NCBI GenBank assembly: GCA_044868145.1 | Contig: JBIOWE010000006.1 | Location: forward strand, 151,707 to 215,706 | From: Patescibacteria group bacterium | Lineage (GTDB): Bacteria > Patescibacteriota > Patescibacteriia > UBA10025 > JBIOWE01 | Length of the DNA: 64,000 nt | Direction of reading: 5' to 3' | Shown: positions 35,621 to 45,489 of the stretch, piece by piece | Numbering within the stretch: the stretch's first letter is position 1 | How the letters are laid out: every line of letters begins with the position of its first letter | Notes under the pieces: generated by a model | The model's database searches: none | What the model was told of the DNA's origin: nothing | The model's input: the letters and a program-made list of their open reading frames with translations, nothing else | Position numbers and translations under genes: made by a program

Positions 35621-35750
35621 CCCCACACCAACTTTAGGAGACTTCTACCCACCTTCAGGTGAGGGTTTCTGACCTTTAGGTCAGGAAGACCGGGCTAAAG
35701 CCCTGAACACCCTCGGCTCAAGCCGGGTAGAAAAGAAGAAAAGTCGGGAT

Positions 35751-36875
35751 TTATTTTGTAATGATCCTAGGAAGGGAAGGATTGATACGGGAAACGATTT
35801 CGTAGTGAATTGTTTTTGCTTGATGAGCGAGTTCATTCGCGGTCATTTCTTCCGGGCCATCGTGACCAAGCAATACTACTTTGTCCCCTACTCTGACTTT
35901 GGGGATGTGTGTAACGTCAACCATCGTGAGGTTCATGCAGATGCGCCCGCGTACCGGGGCGCGCTTGCCCTGGACCAGCACGTCGGCATTGTTCGACAGA
36001 CTCCTATCGTACCCTTCATAGTAGCCGACTGGTAATACGGCGATCCTGGCAGGTCGTTTTGCCCGATATATGCGACCATAGCCAACGGTTGTGCCTCGTG
36101 ACACGGTTTTGACTTGAATAATGCGGGTATACCACGAAAGCCCTGGTTTCAGTGATATGCGGTTTTTGAAGCCGTTCTGAACTGACGATAATCCGTATAA
36201 AGAAATGCCGAGCCGCACCATGCTCAAGCGTGTATGTGGGTTCATAATTGTGGATGCGCTGCATGCGGCATGGCGCATCGGTATGTGCATTCCTTGCTGT
36301 TCAAGGTGCTTTATGGTTTGTTGGAATGCGGTAAGTTGCTTATTGGTAAATGCTTGGTTGATATTTTCGGAGTCAGCAAAATGGGTAAAAATCCCTTCCA
36401 GCGTTAAGCCCGGGAGTTTTTGTATCGCTTGGACGAATCGAACTGTGCCATTCGGTAGTACACCAAGCCGTGTTGTGCCGGTATCTATTTTGACATGGAT
36501 CATCGCGCGTTTGTTCAGACGGCGGCTCATGGCCGAAAGGTAGTGCGCCTGCTCAAGCGTGTACATGGGGAATCGGACTTTTGCCGTAATACCTTGGCGA
36601 ACCTGGTCGTTGTCCTGGTTGAAGTAGCTTAATACCATGATAGGCGCCTTGAGCCGCGCATGAATAAGGTTCAACGCCTCGTCAAGGTTCGCGACGCCGA
36701 GCCAGTCTGCACCGGCGCTTTTGAAAACCTTGGCGCATTCAACCATGCCATGCCCGTAAGCATTGGATTTGACGACGGCCATGATGCTTGTTCTATGTCC
36801 AACCAGTTTTCGAAACTGTTTGACATTATGAACGAAGCTTGAACGTGAAATTTCAAGCCACGTCAGTCCTTCCAT
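35751..36875 (-). CDS. alr: Alanine racemase
   Basis: AVVKSNAYGHG PLP-binding motif. About 370 aa. Confidence 0.9.
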   Translation of the reverse strand: MEGLTWLEISRSSFVHNVKQFRKLVGHRTSIMAVVKSNAYGHGMVECAKVFKSAGADWLGVANLDEALNLIHARLKAPIMVLSYFNQDNDQVRQGITAKVRFPMYTLEQAHYLSAMSRRLNKRAMIHVKIDTGTTRLGVLPNGTVRFVQAIQKLPGLTLEGIFTHFADSENINQAFTNKQLTAFQQTIKHLEQQGMHIPMRHAACSASTIMNPHTRLSMVRLGISLYGLSSVQNGFKNRISLKPGLSWYTRIIQVKTVSRGTTVGYGRIYRAKRPARIAVLPVGYYEGYDRSLSNNADVLVQGKRAPVRGRICMNLTMVDVTHIPKVRVGDKVVLLGHDGPEEMTANELAHQAKTIHYEIVSRINPSLPRIITK

Positions 36876-37165
36876 AATGTAAAATGTAAAAATAAAAAAT
36901 CAAAATGACAGATTAAAATTTATAAATATTCTTCTTTTTGAACCGCCCTTACGAAGCAATCGTCAAGAACTGCGGAGCGAAGAGGAGCGATCCCCCACCT
37001 CGAGCTTTGTCGATAGGTGGGGGATTTGATCCCGCTGTGTGAGGCCGAACTTGTCGAGGCCGAGTTCGGGTCAAAAGCGACGATGAGCCTGCAGTTCTCG
37101 ATTGCGGAGTCGGGCGGCGACTTTTTTCCGTCGCTTTTTTGGTCGTTCAAAAAAGCGACGAAACA

Positions 37166-38431
37166 TCAGATTTTGTTTTTGGGACTAATCTTCTTGATTC
37201 CTACGAATTTTTTTAGCGCCTTTGGAATGACTACGGAACCATCCATTTGTTGGTGGTTCTCGAGTATGGCAATAAGCGTGCGTCCGATCGCGTAGGCCGT
37301 TCCATTAAGCGTGTGTACAAAGGCCAACCCTTTTGGCGTTTTGAAGCGAATATGGAGCCGACGGCTTTGGAAATCCGTGCACGTGGAAATGGATTGGAGT
37401 TCGCGATAGCGGTTCTCTGACGGTATCCATGCCTCGATGTCGTACGTGCGGGCTGACGGAAACGACAGGTCGCCTGTGCATAAGCTCACAATGCGATACG
37501 GAATTTCGACTTTTTTCATAAGTTCTTCTGCTGCACCAAGCAGGAGTTGGAATTCACTTTCGGCTTGCTCCGGAGGTGAAAACGACACCATTTCAACTTT
37601 ATCGAATTGATGCACACGGAAAATGCCACGCGTATCTTTGCCGTAGGAGCCGGCCTCGCGGCGAAAACAGGTGGAGAATCCCGCGTATCGGATCGGTAAA
37701 TCTTTTGCCTCCAGCGTCTGTTCCGCATGCATGGGAATCAACGCGTGTTCTGCAGTGCCGATGAAATAGAGTTTGTCTTTGTCCAAATGGTAGCGTTCGT
37801 CCCTCCCCTGCCCTTCGAGGTAGCCTAGTCCTTCCATGTTTTCATCTTTCACAAGTTGTGGCGGAATGACGGGTGTAAACCCTTTTTTGAGGAGGGTGTC
37901 AAAGGCGAGTTGGACAAGGCCGAATTCGAGAAGCGCAGCTTCGTTTTTCAGATATCCAAAGCGCGTACCTGATACGTGAGCAGCTGTTTTCGTGTCAATC
38001 AGGTCGAGCGCTTTGCCCAATTCGTCGTGTGACTTTGGTTTGAACGAAAAGCGCGTGGTTGCACCGACTTCTCGCAGCACCTTATTCTCCGACGCGTCTT
38101 TACCAATGGGTACGTCCGACAGCGCCAGATTCGGCAGCTGTCGCAGCATGGCATTGCGTTCCGCTTCCAGCTTACGCACTTCTTGTTTGAGGTCGTCGGC
38201 CTTCTTATCGATTTGCTTCATGCTCGCGATGATGTCTTTTCTGTCGCCGCCTTTGTTCATTTCGCGATTCGCTTTGTTTTTCTCTGCTTGGTAGGCTTCA
38301 AGTTTGGCCATGGCGCTCCGTAACGCCTCGTCAACCTTCAGCAGGCGGTCAATATCAATTCGCGAACCTTTTTGCAGGAGTTTTTCCTTCAGTTCGTTGG
38401 GGTGTGTTCGAATGTATGCGAGGTCGAGCAT
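37166..38431 (-). CDS. serS: Seryl-tRNA synthetase
   Basis: N-terminal coiled-coil arm plus class II core motifs. Confidence 0.9.
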   Translation of the reverse strand: MLDLAYIRTHPNELKEKLLQKGSRIDIDRLLKVDEALRSAMAKLEAYQAEKNKANREMNKGGDRKDIIASMKQIDKKADDLKQEVRKLEAERNAMLRQLPNLALSDVPIGKDASENKVLREVGATTRFSFKPKSHDELGKALDLIDTKTAAHVSGTRFGYLKNEAALLEFGLVQLAFDTLLKKGFTPVIPPQLVKDENMEGLGYLEGQGRDERYHLDKDKLYFIGTAEHALIPMHAEQTLEAKDLPIRYAGFSTCFRREAGSYGKDTRGIFRVHQFDKVEMVSFSPPEQAESEFQLLLGAAEELMKKVEIPYRIVSLCTGDLSFPSARTYDIEAWIPSENRYRELQSISTCTDFQSRRLHIRFKTPKGLAFVHTLNGTAYAIGRTLIAILENHQQMDGSVVIPKALKKFVGIKKISPKNKI

Positions 38432-38440
38432 AGGTAGTTT

Positions 38441-38995
38441 TTAGAGACCGAGCGTTGGTGCGATGGTTTGCAACGCCGTGAGCACGTGCTGAATGTGTTC
38501 ATCCAAGGAAAGTTTCAGCTCCGCGGCACCTTCTCGTATTTCTTCTCGGTTCACTTGTTTGGCGAAACTTTTTTCCTTCATTTTTTTCTTTACGGCTTCT
38601 ACGTCCACTTCGGCAAGCTTTTTGTTCGGCCGGACTAATGCTACAGCGATAATAAATCCGGAAAGTTCATCGACCGAGAAAATCGCCTTATCCATGGTGT
38701 TTTCTCGCGGTGTACCAGTGTGCGGCGCGTGCGCCAGAACCGCGTGCAATAGCGCCTCTGGCCATCCATGCGTTCGCAGAATTTCTACACCTTTGAATGG
38801 ATGGTCTTTGAGATCCGGATATTGTTCGTAGTCAAAATCGTGAATAAGACCCACAATACCCCAGGTTTCTTCATCCTTCCCAAAGTGCTTCGCGTAATGC
38901 CGCATGGCTGCTTCAACGGCAAGCGCATGCTTCACGAGATTTGGATTTTTTGTGTGCTCCGTCAGCAAGGCGTATGCCGTTTCGCGCGTGATCAT
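38441..38995 (-). CDS. HD-domain (HDIG) phosphohydrolase
   Basis: H...HD...D metal-binding pattern (HALAVE...IHDFD). Confidence 0.7.
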   Translation of the reverse strand: MITRETAYALLTEHTKNPNLVKHALAVEAAMRHYAKHFGKDEETWGIVGLIHDFDYEQYPDLKDHPFKGVEILRTHGWPEALLHAVLAHAPHTGTPRENTMDKAIFSVDELSGFIIAVALVRPNKKLAEVDVEAVKKKMKEKSFAKQVNREEIREGAAELKLSLDEHIQHVLTALQTIAPTLGL

Positions 38996-40509
38996 TCCTG
39001 ATGCTTCGGTTTTAAGGTGGGGAAAAGAATCACTTCTTTGATATTGTGGGAGTTGGTCAGCAATGCGGTCAGTCGATCAATGCCCATGCCGAATCCGGCA
39101 GCAGGCGGCATCCCATACGAAAGCGCCTCGAGAAAATCCTCGTCCATACGCTCGGTCTCTTCGTCACCAGCCTTGTGAAGTTTTTCCTGCTCGAGAAAAC
39201 GTTCGCGTTGGTCTATCGGGTCGTTTAGTTCGGAGAACGCGTTCACGAGTTCGGTTTTGCCGACCAGCAATTGGAATCGCGCCGCGAGTTTTGGATCGTC
39301 CATCTTTCGCTTTGCGAGCGGCGAGAGTTCGATTGGATAATCAACGATAAAGGTAGGCTGGATAATAAAGGGCCGGATAAGCTCTTTGTAGATTTCGTCC
39401 AGAATTTTGGCATACCCGAACTTTTTTTCAATCGTCAATCCGCGTTTCCTCGCCTCGCTTGCCAGCGATTCCGTGGTCGAGTGATGGTCTATATCTATTT
39501 TTGCGAATTCTTTGAATGCGTCGTGGAAGGTCATTCGCTTATATGGAGCAGAGAAATCGATTGATATACCTTCGTATTCGACTTTCAGCGAGCCGGTACT
39601 TTTGTGCACCACGTCCTCGAGCAGTCGTTCGGTAAGCGACATGAGTTTTTCGTAGTCCATATACGCCGCGTAAAACTCTATTTGCGTGAATTCTGGATTG
39701 TGACTATGGTCAATTCCCTCGTTGCGGAAACATCGGCCAATTTCGTACACGCGTTCGTAACCCCCGACAAGCAGGCGTTTCAGGTACAGTTCCGGTGCGA
39801 CCCGCAGGAACAGCGGAATATTTAACGCTTCGTGATGCGTTTTGAATGGCCGGGCAAGGGCGCCGCCGGGGATCGGCTGGAGAATGGGCGTTTCGACCTC
39901 CAGAAAGGATTCCCCATCCAAGAACTCGCGAATCGCTTTTATGACCATGCCCCGTTTTCGGAATATCGCCCGTACCTCGGGATTTGCAATGAGATCAAGG
40001 TATCGCTGGCGATATCGGATCTCCACATCAGATAAGCCGTGCCATTTTTCCGGGAGTGGAGCCAGTGCTTTCGCGATCAAGCGATATTGCTCAACAAGCA
40101 GTGTTTGTTCGCCTTTTTTTGTGCGAAATAGTTTTCCGGTCGCTTCGAGGAAATCGCCGATATCGAGCTGGTCCATCGAGGCTGCGTACGCAGTCTCTCC
40201 AACCGTATCTTTTTTGAGGTAGATTTGTATCCTGTCCGTCCCATCTTCTATATGCATGAACGTCGAGCCCCCATGGAGGCGAATCGTTCGGATGCGTCCT
40301 ACGATGGTGAGCAACCCCTTGCCTTCGAGATCGTTAAATTTCAATTTCGCTTCATGGATTGTGTGCGTTCGGTTGGTTCGCGCTGGATACGGCTCTCTCC
40401 CCTTTTCGCGGATGGCGCGGAGTTTTTTTAAACGAATCTCATGTTGATCAGACGTTTTCATGTACTGTATCATACCAAAATTCGCTCTTGAGGGCAAACA
40501 AAAAACCAC
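38992..40509 (-). CDS. lysS: Lysyl-tRNA synthetase (class II)
   Basis: OB anticodon-binding domain plus class II motifs (FRNEG, GGAGFGIDRL). Confidence 0.9.
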   Translation of the reverse strand: MVFCLPSRANFGMIQYMKTSDQHEIRLKKLRAIREKGREPYPARTNRTHTIHEAKLKFNDLEGKGLLTIVGRIRTIRLHGGSTFMHIEDGTDRIQIYLKKDTVGETAYAASMDQLDIGDFLEATGKLFRTKKGEQTLLVEQYRLIAKALAPLPEKWHGLSDVEIRYRQRYLDLIANPEVRAIFRKRGMVIKAIREFLDGESFLEVETPILQPIPGGALARPFKTHHEALNIPLFLRVAPELYLKRLLVGGYERVYEIGRCFRNEGIDHSHNPEFTQIEFYAAYMDYEKLMSLTERLLEDVVHKSTGSLKVEYEGISIDFSAPYKRMTFHDAFKEFAKIDIDHHSTTESLASEARKRGLTIEKKFGYAKILDEIYKELIRPFIIQPTFIVDYPIELSPLAKRKMDDPKLAARFQLLVGKTELVNAFSELNDPIDQRERFLEQEKLHKAGDEETERMDEDFLEALSYGMPPAAGFGMGIDRLTALLTNSHNIKEVILFPTLKPKHQE

Positions 40510-40542
40510 GTTGAAATGCGTGGTTTTCTCTTGTACTTATGG

Positions 40543-41010
40543 TTAATGAATTGTAACGATTTCGAATTTTTTGGTGCCGCTTGGTACAGTGATCAGAACG
40601 GTATCGCCTGGCTTTTTTCCAAGAAAGGCATGGCCAATCGGCGATTCGTTAGATATTTTTCCGATGCTGGGGTCGGCTTCGTTCGAACCGACGATCAGGT
40701 ATTCATGTGTCTTTTTTTCGTCGCGTACTGTAATTTTTGATCCAATTCTGACGGTCCCCGATTTTCGTTTCGTATCCTTGATCACTGTCGCGTGCTTGAG
40801 CAGCGTTTCAATTTCAAGAATTCTGCCTTCAATAAAGGCTTGTTCATTTTTCGCCTCGACATATTCAGCGTTTTCAGAAAGGTCGCCCAGTTCTTTCGCC
40901 TCTTGGATGCGTTCGGCGATTTGGCGACGTTTTACGGTCTTGAGTTCTTCAAGCTCCGCTTGTAATTTTTCCAATCCATGTTGGGTAAGGAATGTGTTTT
41001 GTTCGCTCAT
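40543..41010 (-). CDS. greA: Transcription elongation factor GreA
   Basis: N-terminal coiled coil with acidic tip, C-terminal FKBP-like domain, 155 aa. Confidence 0.9.
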   Translation of the reverse strand: MSEQNTFLTQHGLEKLQAELEELKTVKRRQIAERIQEAKELGDLSENAEYVEAKNEQAFIEGRILEIETLLKHATVIKDTKRKSGTVRIGSKITVRDEKKTHEYLIVGSNEADPSIGKISNESPIGHAFLGKKPGDTVLITVPSGTKKFEIVTIH

Positions 41011-41156
41011 AGAGTTTAATCTTGAAAAAAATTCAACCCCCGGTCGTGGTCAGAGAGGCCCCCGGAGTTTTTTGCGCATTTCATTTTCCCTTGCTCTATA
41101 GGCAGGATACGCTGCTTTTTCTTTCTCGTCAAGTCCTTCAGTGATCCTGTCTGACC

Positions 41157-43082
41157 TCATCGCGAGAACCATTCCTGGAGTGCTTTAAGGGCCACAGGAA
41201 GCGCGGTTTGGTGTCCCTCACCGCCGGATTCGACCATTACCGTAATGGCGATCTCGGGGTGTTCGTACGGTGCGAATGCCGTGAACCAAGCATGCGTCGG
41301 CTTATCGCTGGCCCATTGCGCGGTTCCGGTTTTTCCGGCTGAAGAGACGGAGAGGCTTTGCATTGCCTTGCTCGAACCGCTTATTACCCCTTGGCGCATG
41401 GCAGATTGGATGATCCCGATATTCTTTGCGCTTGCAACGTTTGCAGCAATGGCTTCCCGCGCAATGTCTTTGATTGGTTTACCGGCTTCGTCCGTGATGC
41501 GTTTCACAATATGCGGTTGATAAATGGTGCCGCCGTTTGCGATCATCGCCGTGTAGTTTGCAACTTGAAGAGGAGTAACGAGCAAATCACCTTGGCCTAT
41601 GGCAAGGTGGTACGTGTCGCCGATGTACCATTGCTCCTTTTTGGTTTGTTCTTTCCATTCCATCGAAGGCAAAAAGCCAGTTGCTTCGCCCGCGAGGTCA
41701 ATGCCAAGCAAGCGGTTCAATCCATAACGTTGAAGGTACGTGCGAATTTTTTCAACACCGAGCCCTGTGAATGTCTCATCTCCGCCACCAATTTCATAAA
41801 AAAACGTATTCACCGATTCTGCGATTGCTTTGCGAACGTCAGTCACGCCGTGTCCGCCCGCTTTCCAGTCCGGGAAAAACCACTTATCAATCTGAATACC
41901 GCCCGTGCTCAAGAATGTTGTTCGTTCGGTAATAACACCATCTTCCAAGGCCGCGAGCGCGATAAGAGGTTTGATGGTAGAGCCAGATGGGTATTCGCCC
42001 GATACGGCTCGATAGAAAAGCGGATTCCTGGGGTCTTGTGTAAGCTTCTCGTAGTCCGTCGGGGACAGCCCTTGCACAAAAGCGTTATTGTCGAAAGAGG
42101 GAGCAGACACGATGGCGAGCACTTCGCCATTGCGCGGATCAATGGCTACTGCGGATGCGCCGGTGATTGTTCGGGAATTAGCGACGATCCGCATAATCTC
42201 ATGCGCAAGTGTTGTCTGGAGCTTTTCATCAATAGTTGTCTCAAGGTTTTCTCCGGGCCTGCTGTCCGCTTCCGCTGTTACTTTTTTTTCCTTGCCAAGC
42301 GAGTCCACTTCAACTTGTTTTTTTCCGTGTACACCCTTAACTTCTTGTTCATAATAGGATTCCAACCCGGTTTTGCCTACGAGGTCATTTGTTTCGTATG
42401 TGGTATCTCCTTTGGCGCGGATTGCATTCAGTTCTTCTTTTGAAATTTTCCCAACATAGCCCAAAAGGTGAGCAAACGCTTCCGGATCTTTATAGAGCCG
42501 ACTGCTGGTCAGTTCAACGTCAACGCCTGGCAGACTCGCGCTCGCAATTTCAAGCTTCAATGCTTGTTCATAGGGCAGCTTCTCTTTCACAATAGCAGGT
42601 TCAAAGGAATGCTGTGGTAGCGCTGCGATAAAGGTTTGCAATTCTTCTTCACTCATCATAATAAGGGGTGCAAGCGTTTTGACGAGCGATGCACGGCCAT
42701 CGCCTTTCGGGATGTCGGCAGGCGTGATGGTCACGACAAAGTTTGGCACATTGCTGACGAGCGGCGTTCCGTTCCGATCGAAGATAATGCCGCGCGGAGC
42801 AGGCAGAATTTTGTTGCGGATACGATTTTCTTCGGCCGCAACTTTGTATTCTTCGCCTTTCGCAACTTGGAGGGTGATAACGCGAGCAAACAGTGCGCCA
42901 AGGAGCACGAGAAAAAGCCCAAAAATGATTCTGGTTGTTGCCAAGTTTACGTGCAGGGAGACTGCCTGGCCCGAGGAGACTGCATCATCTCGAAATGAAT
43001 CGCCTTGCCACTTACGCTTGGCGTAATTTTTTATTCGGCTGTTTTGGGTATCAGGTTGTAGAGAAAAAGGATTTTTTTTCAT
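41157..43082 (-). CDS. mrdA: Penicillin-binding protein 2 (elongasome transpeptidase)
   Basis: SGSTIKP (SxxK), SSN-like and KTG motifs. N-terminal transmembrane helix. Upstream of mreD/C/B. Confidence 0.85.
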   Translation of the reverse strand: MKKNPFSLQPDTQNSRIKNYAKRKWQGDSFRDDAVSSGQAVSLHVNLATTRIIFGLFLVLLGALFARVITLQVAKGEEYKVAAEENRIRNKILPAPRGIIFDRNGTPLVSNVPNFVVTITPADIPKGDGRASLVKTLAPLIMMSEEELQTFIAALPQHSFEPAIVKEKLPYEQALKLEIASASLPGVDVELTSSRLYKDPEAFAHLLGYVGKISKEELNAIRAKGDTTYETNDLVGKTGLESYYEQEVKGVHGKKQVEVDSLGKEKKVTAEADSRPGENLETTIDEKLQTTLAHEIMRIVANSRTITGASAVAIDPRNGEVLAIVSAPSFDNNAFVQGLSPTDYEKLTQDPRNPLFYRAVSGEYPSGSTIKPLIALAALEDGVITERTTFLSTGGIQIDKWFFPDWKAGGHGVTDVRKAIAESVNTFFYEIGGGDETFTGLGVEKIRTYLQRYGLNRLLGIDLAGEATGFLPSMEWKEQTKKEQWYIGDTYHLAIGQGDLLVTPLQVANYTAMIANGGTIYQPHIVKRITDEAGKPIKDIAREAIAANVASAKNIGIIQSAMRQGVISGSSKAMQSLSVSSAGKTGTAQWASDKPTHAWFTAFAPYEHPEIAITVMVESGGEGHQTALPVALKALQEWFSR

Positions 43083-43086
43083 CTCT

Positions 43087-43620
43087 TTACGTACGACGAT
43101 TGAGCAGGAAACGAGTACTTAACCGTGTTTTCACGATCCTCGTTCCATGGATGAGCAACAGAACAATTCCAGTATTCAAAACCAATTGAAGCCCCATATC
43201 CCCTACTATTGTTCTGGAAAAAGGAAATGGATAGCGCGAGAGACCAAGGAGGTACGCGCCGTGACTTACGAGAATGAGTGCGATTAAAAAGTTGAGAGTC
43301 GCAAGCGCGGAGAGCGCGATAAAAGAAAGAGTGGATCGGTTTGTAAAAACGTTTTTCGCAAGGAGAAATGTTACGAGGACTGGTAGCGTCCACGCAATCA
43401 GATACGTGCCGTTGATCGAAACGGAATAGATGTCATATAAAATCCCCAGGATGATCCCAGCGGCAATGCCTTGTCGAAACCCCCGATACATGGTGAGGAG
43501 AAACAGGGCGACGAGCGGCAGATTGATCGCAAGCCCAAATGCGTCGCCGGAAGTGAATACGGCGAGATGAAAGATTCCAAGGAAAAGAATCAAGAGTAAA
43601 AGTGCAATTGTTTTGATCAT
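43087..43620 (-). CDS. mreD: Rod shape-determining protein MreD
   Basis: Small polytopic protein directly after mreC. Confidence 0.55.
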   Translation of the reverse strand: MIKTIALLLLILFLGIFHLAVFTSGDAFGLAINLPLVALFLLTMYRGFRQGIAAGIILGILYDIYSVSINGTYLIAWTLPVLVTFLLAKNVFTNRSTLSFIALSALATLNFLIALILVSHGAYLLGLSRYPFPFSRTIVGDMGLQLVLNTGIVLLLIHGTRIVKTRLSTRFLLNRRT

Positions 43621-44423
43621 ATGGTAATAACGACGCTTACAATTTGGGGGAGTTGAGCGTTCACCGTTTGGGAAATCGAAGCTTTCTTGAACAGTTCGCC
43701 GGGATTTGACGAAATGGTTTCAACTTGACCGATGACGAGGCCGCGTGGGATATACGTTTCTTGGCCAGAGGTGATTACCCAATCTCCTGCTTCTAGTTTT
43801 TTTTCTTGGGGGATCAACTCCATCGTTAGGGAAAGCCCAAAGGAACCAGTTACCACGCCCTCCGGATTGTCCTCATTTTGCACGACGGCTGCCACACGAC
43901 TTTGGTTATGTTGAAGCAAAAGCGCCAGAGAAGTATTGGCCTGCGTTTGTATGATTGTGCCTATAAACGTTCCTGGTCCAGCGATAAGAGGCATGCCAAC
44001 CCGTATCCCCTGTCCCTCACCTTTATTGATAATGAGCACGTTTGGGTTGTCCGGCGAGTGGCCGATGATTTTTCCCGTAACGAGCCGTAAATTAAATTCC
44101 CGTGCGAAGGCCAGTTCCTGTGTGAGAATTACGTTATCGTTCATCAACTCTCGCAAATTCGTTACTTCGTATTCAAGTTGGCGTGCGCGTTCGGCGAGCT
44201 GGTCGCGTTCGTCCGTCAGTTTCTGTTTGTCGGTGAAATACGTTTGAATATTCTGCAAACCGTTTTCGACACTTCCAAAGAACTCTTGCACTGGATTGAA
44301 AGCCGTCGCAAGGCCTCCTTGCAGGCCGCTATAGACACGTGTTGAGGTAAAGAAAAGAGTAGTACCAATAAGGAGAATAATTAATGGAATAAGAAGAAAG
44401 CTGCGTTGTGGTAAGCGTGCCAT
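43617..44423 (-). CDS. mreC: Rod shape-determining protein MreC
   Basis: Transmembrane anchor, coiled coil, beta-rich C-domain. Between mreB and mreD. Confidence 0.75.
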   Translation of the reverse strand: MARLPQRSFLLIPLIILLIGTTLFFTSTRVYSGLQGGLATAFNPVQEFFGSVENGLQNIQTYFTDKQKLTDERDQLAERARQLEYEVTNLRELMNDNVILTQELAFAREFNLRLVTGKIIGHSPDNPNVLIINKGEGQGIRVGMPLIAGPGTFIGTIIQTQANTSLALLLQHNQSRVAAVVQNEDNPEGVVTGSFGLSLTMELIPQEKKLEAGDWVITSGQETYIPRGLVIGQVETISSNPGELFKKASISQTVNAQLPQIVSVVITI

Positions 44424-44433
44424 GAAAAACGAT

Positions 44434-45486
44434 TTATTTAAGAATACTTTCGCCGCTGGAGAGTACGAGAACTCGCTTTAAGTTTTCCAAGTCTTCTAAA
44501 ACGATGCCCGTACCGCGAACAACAGCCGTCAACGGGTCATCCGTGATGTGGACAGGAATTTGGGTTTCATGGTGGATGAGCTGGTCGAGCCCGCGCAGAA
44601 GTGCGCCGCCTCCCGCAAGAACAATGCCGCGTTCATAGATATCCGCGACGAGTTCAGGGGGCGTTCGTTCAAGAGTTGACTTGATGTTTTCAACCATTGT
44701 ATTAAGCGATCGCGCGATTGCTTCCCGTACATGGCTGCTCGTGACCGCGACTTCTTTCGGAAGACCAGTGATAAGATCCCGACCTCGCATTTTTGTCTCG
44801 TGTGGGTGTTCTTCTTCAATTGCAGACCCAATTTTGATTTTTATTTCTTCTGCCGTTCGTTCGCCAAGCAGCAGGTTGAATCGCTCACGGGCATACTGAA
44901 TGATATTGCGATCAAGCTCGTCGCCCGCTACGGTCAGTGATTTCCAGGTGACAACCCCGCCGAGGGAGATAACGGCAATTTCGGTTGTTCCCCCACCGAT
45001 ATCAACAACCATATTGCCGGACGCGTCCTGGATAGGCAGTCGGGAGCCGATCGCTGCGGCAACTGGCTCTTCGATCAGGTATGCTTCTCGAGCGCCGGCG
45101 TGCACGGTCGCGTCTTCCACGGCTTTCCGTTCCACTTCGGTAACGCCGAGCGGGATGCCAATGACAATGCGCGGCCTCGGCAGAATGGTAAACCCCTCGC
45201 GATGGACTTTATTGATGAAATACTTCAACATTTTTTCCGTGACTTCGAAGTCAGAAATAACGCCGTTCACGAGTGGCCGGACCGCGACAATATGGGATGG
45301 AGTTTTCCCGACCATACGGCGCGCTTCCTCTCCGACTGCGAGAATTTGGTCTGTGCGCGTGTTGATCGCCACAACCGACGGCTCATTAATGACGATGCCG
45401 CGGTCTTTTACATACACAAGCGTGTTGGCCGTTCCCAGGTCAATGCCCATGTCGCGCGAAAATTTTCCGAGTAACGATTTGAACAT
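44434..45486 (-). CDS. mreB: Rod shape-determining protein MreB
   Basis: GIDLGTANTLVYV actin-fold phosphate-1 motif. 350 aa. Confidence 0.9.
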   Translation of the reverse strand: MFKSLLGKFSRDMGIDLGTANTLVYVKDRGIVINEPSVVAINTRTDQILAVGEEARRMVGKTPSHIVAVRPLVNGVISDFEVTEKMLKYFINKVHREGFTILPRPRIVIGIPLGVTEVERKAVEDATVHAGAREAYLIEEPVAAAIGSRLPIQDASGNMVVDIGGGTTEIAVISLGGVVTWKSLTVAGDELDRNIIQYARERFNLLLGERTAEEIKIKIGSAIEEEHPHETKMRGRDLITGLPKEVAVTSSHVREAIARSLNTMVENIKSTLERTPPELVADIYERGIVLAGGGALLRGLDQLIHHETQIPVHITDDPLTAVVRGTGIVLEDLENLKRVLVLSSGESILK

Positions 45487-45489
45487 TGG

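Noticed and set aside
35640-35750. Possible RNase P RNA (GAAAAGTCGGG resembling the P4 GGAAAGUCCGGGC; ACCCGGCTTGAGCC resembling the 3' P4 strand) or SRP RNA (AGGTCAGGAAGACC)
   Set aside because: Only partial matches. The other universally conserved RNase P and SRP domain IV elements are not recognisable, and the region is far too short for RNase P.
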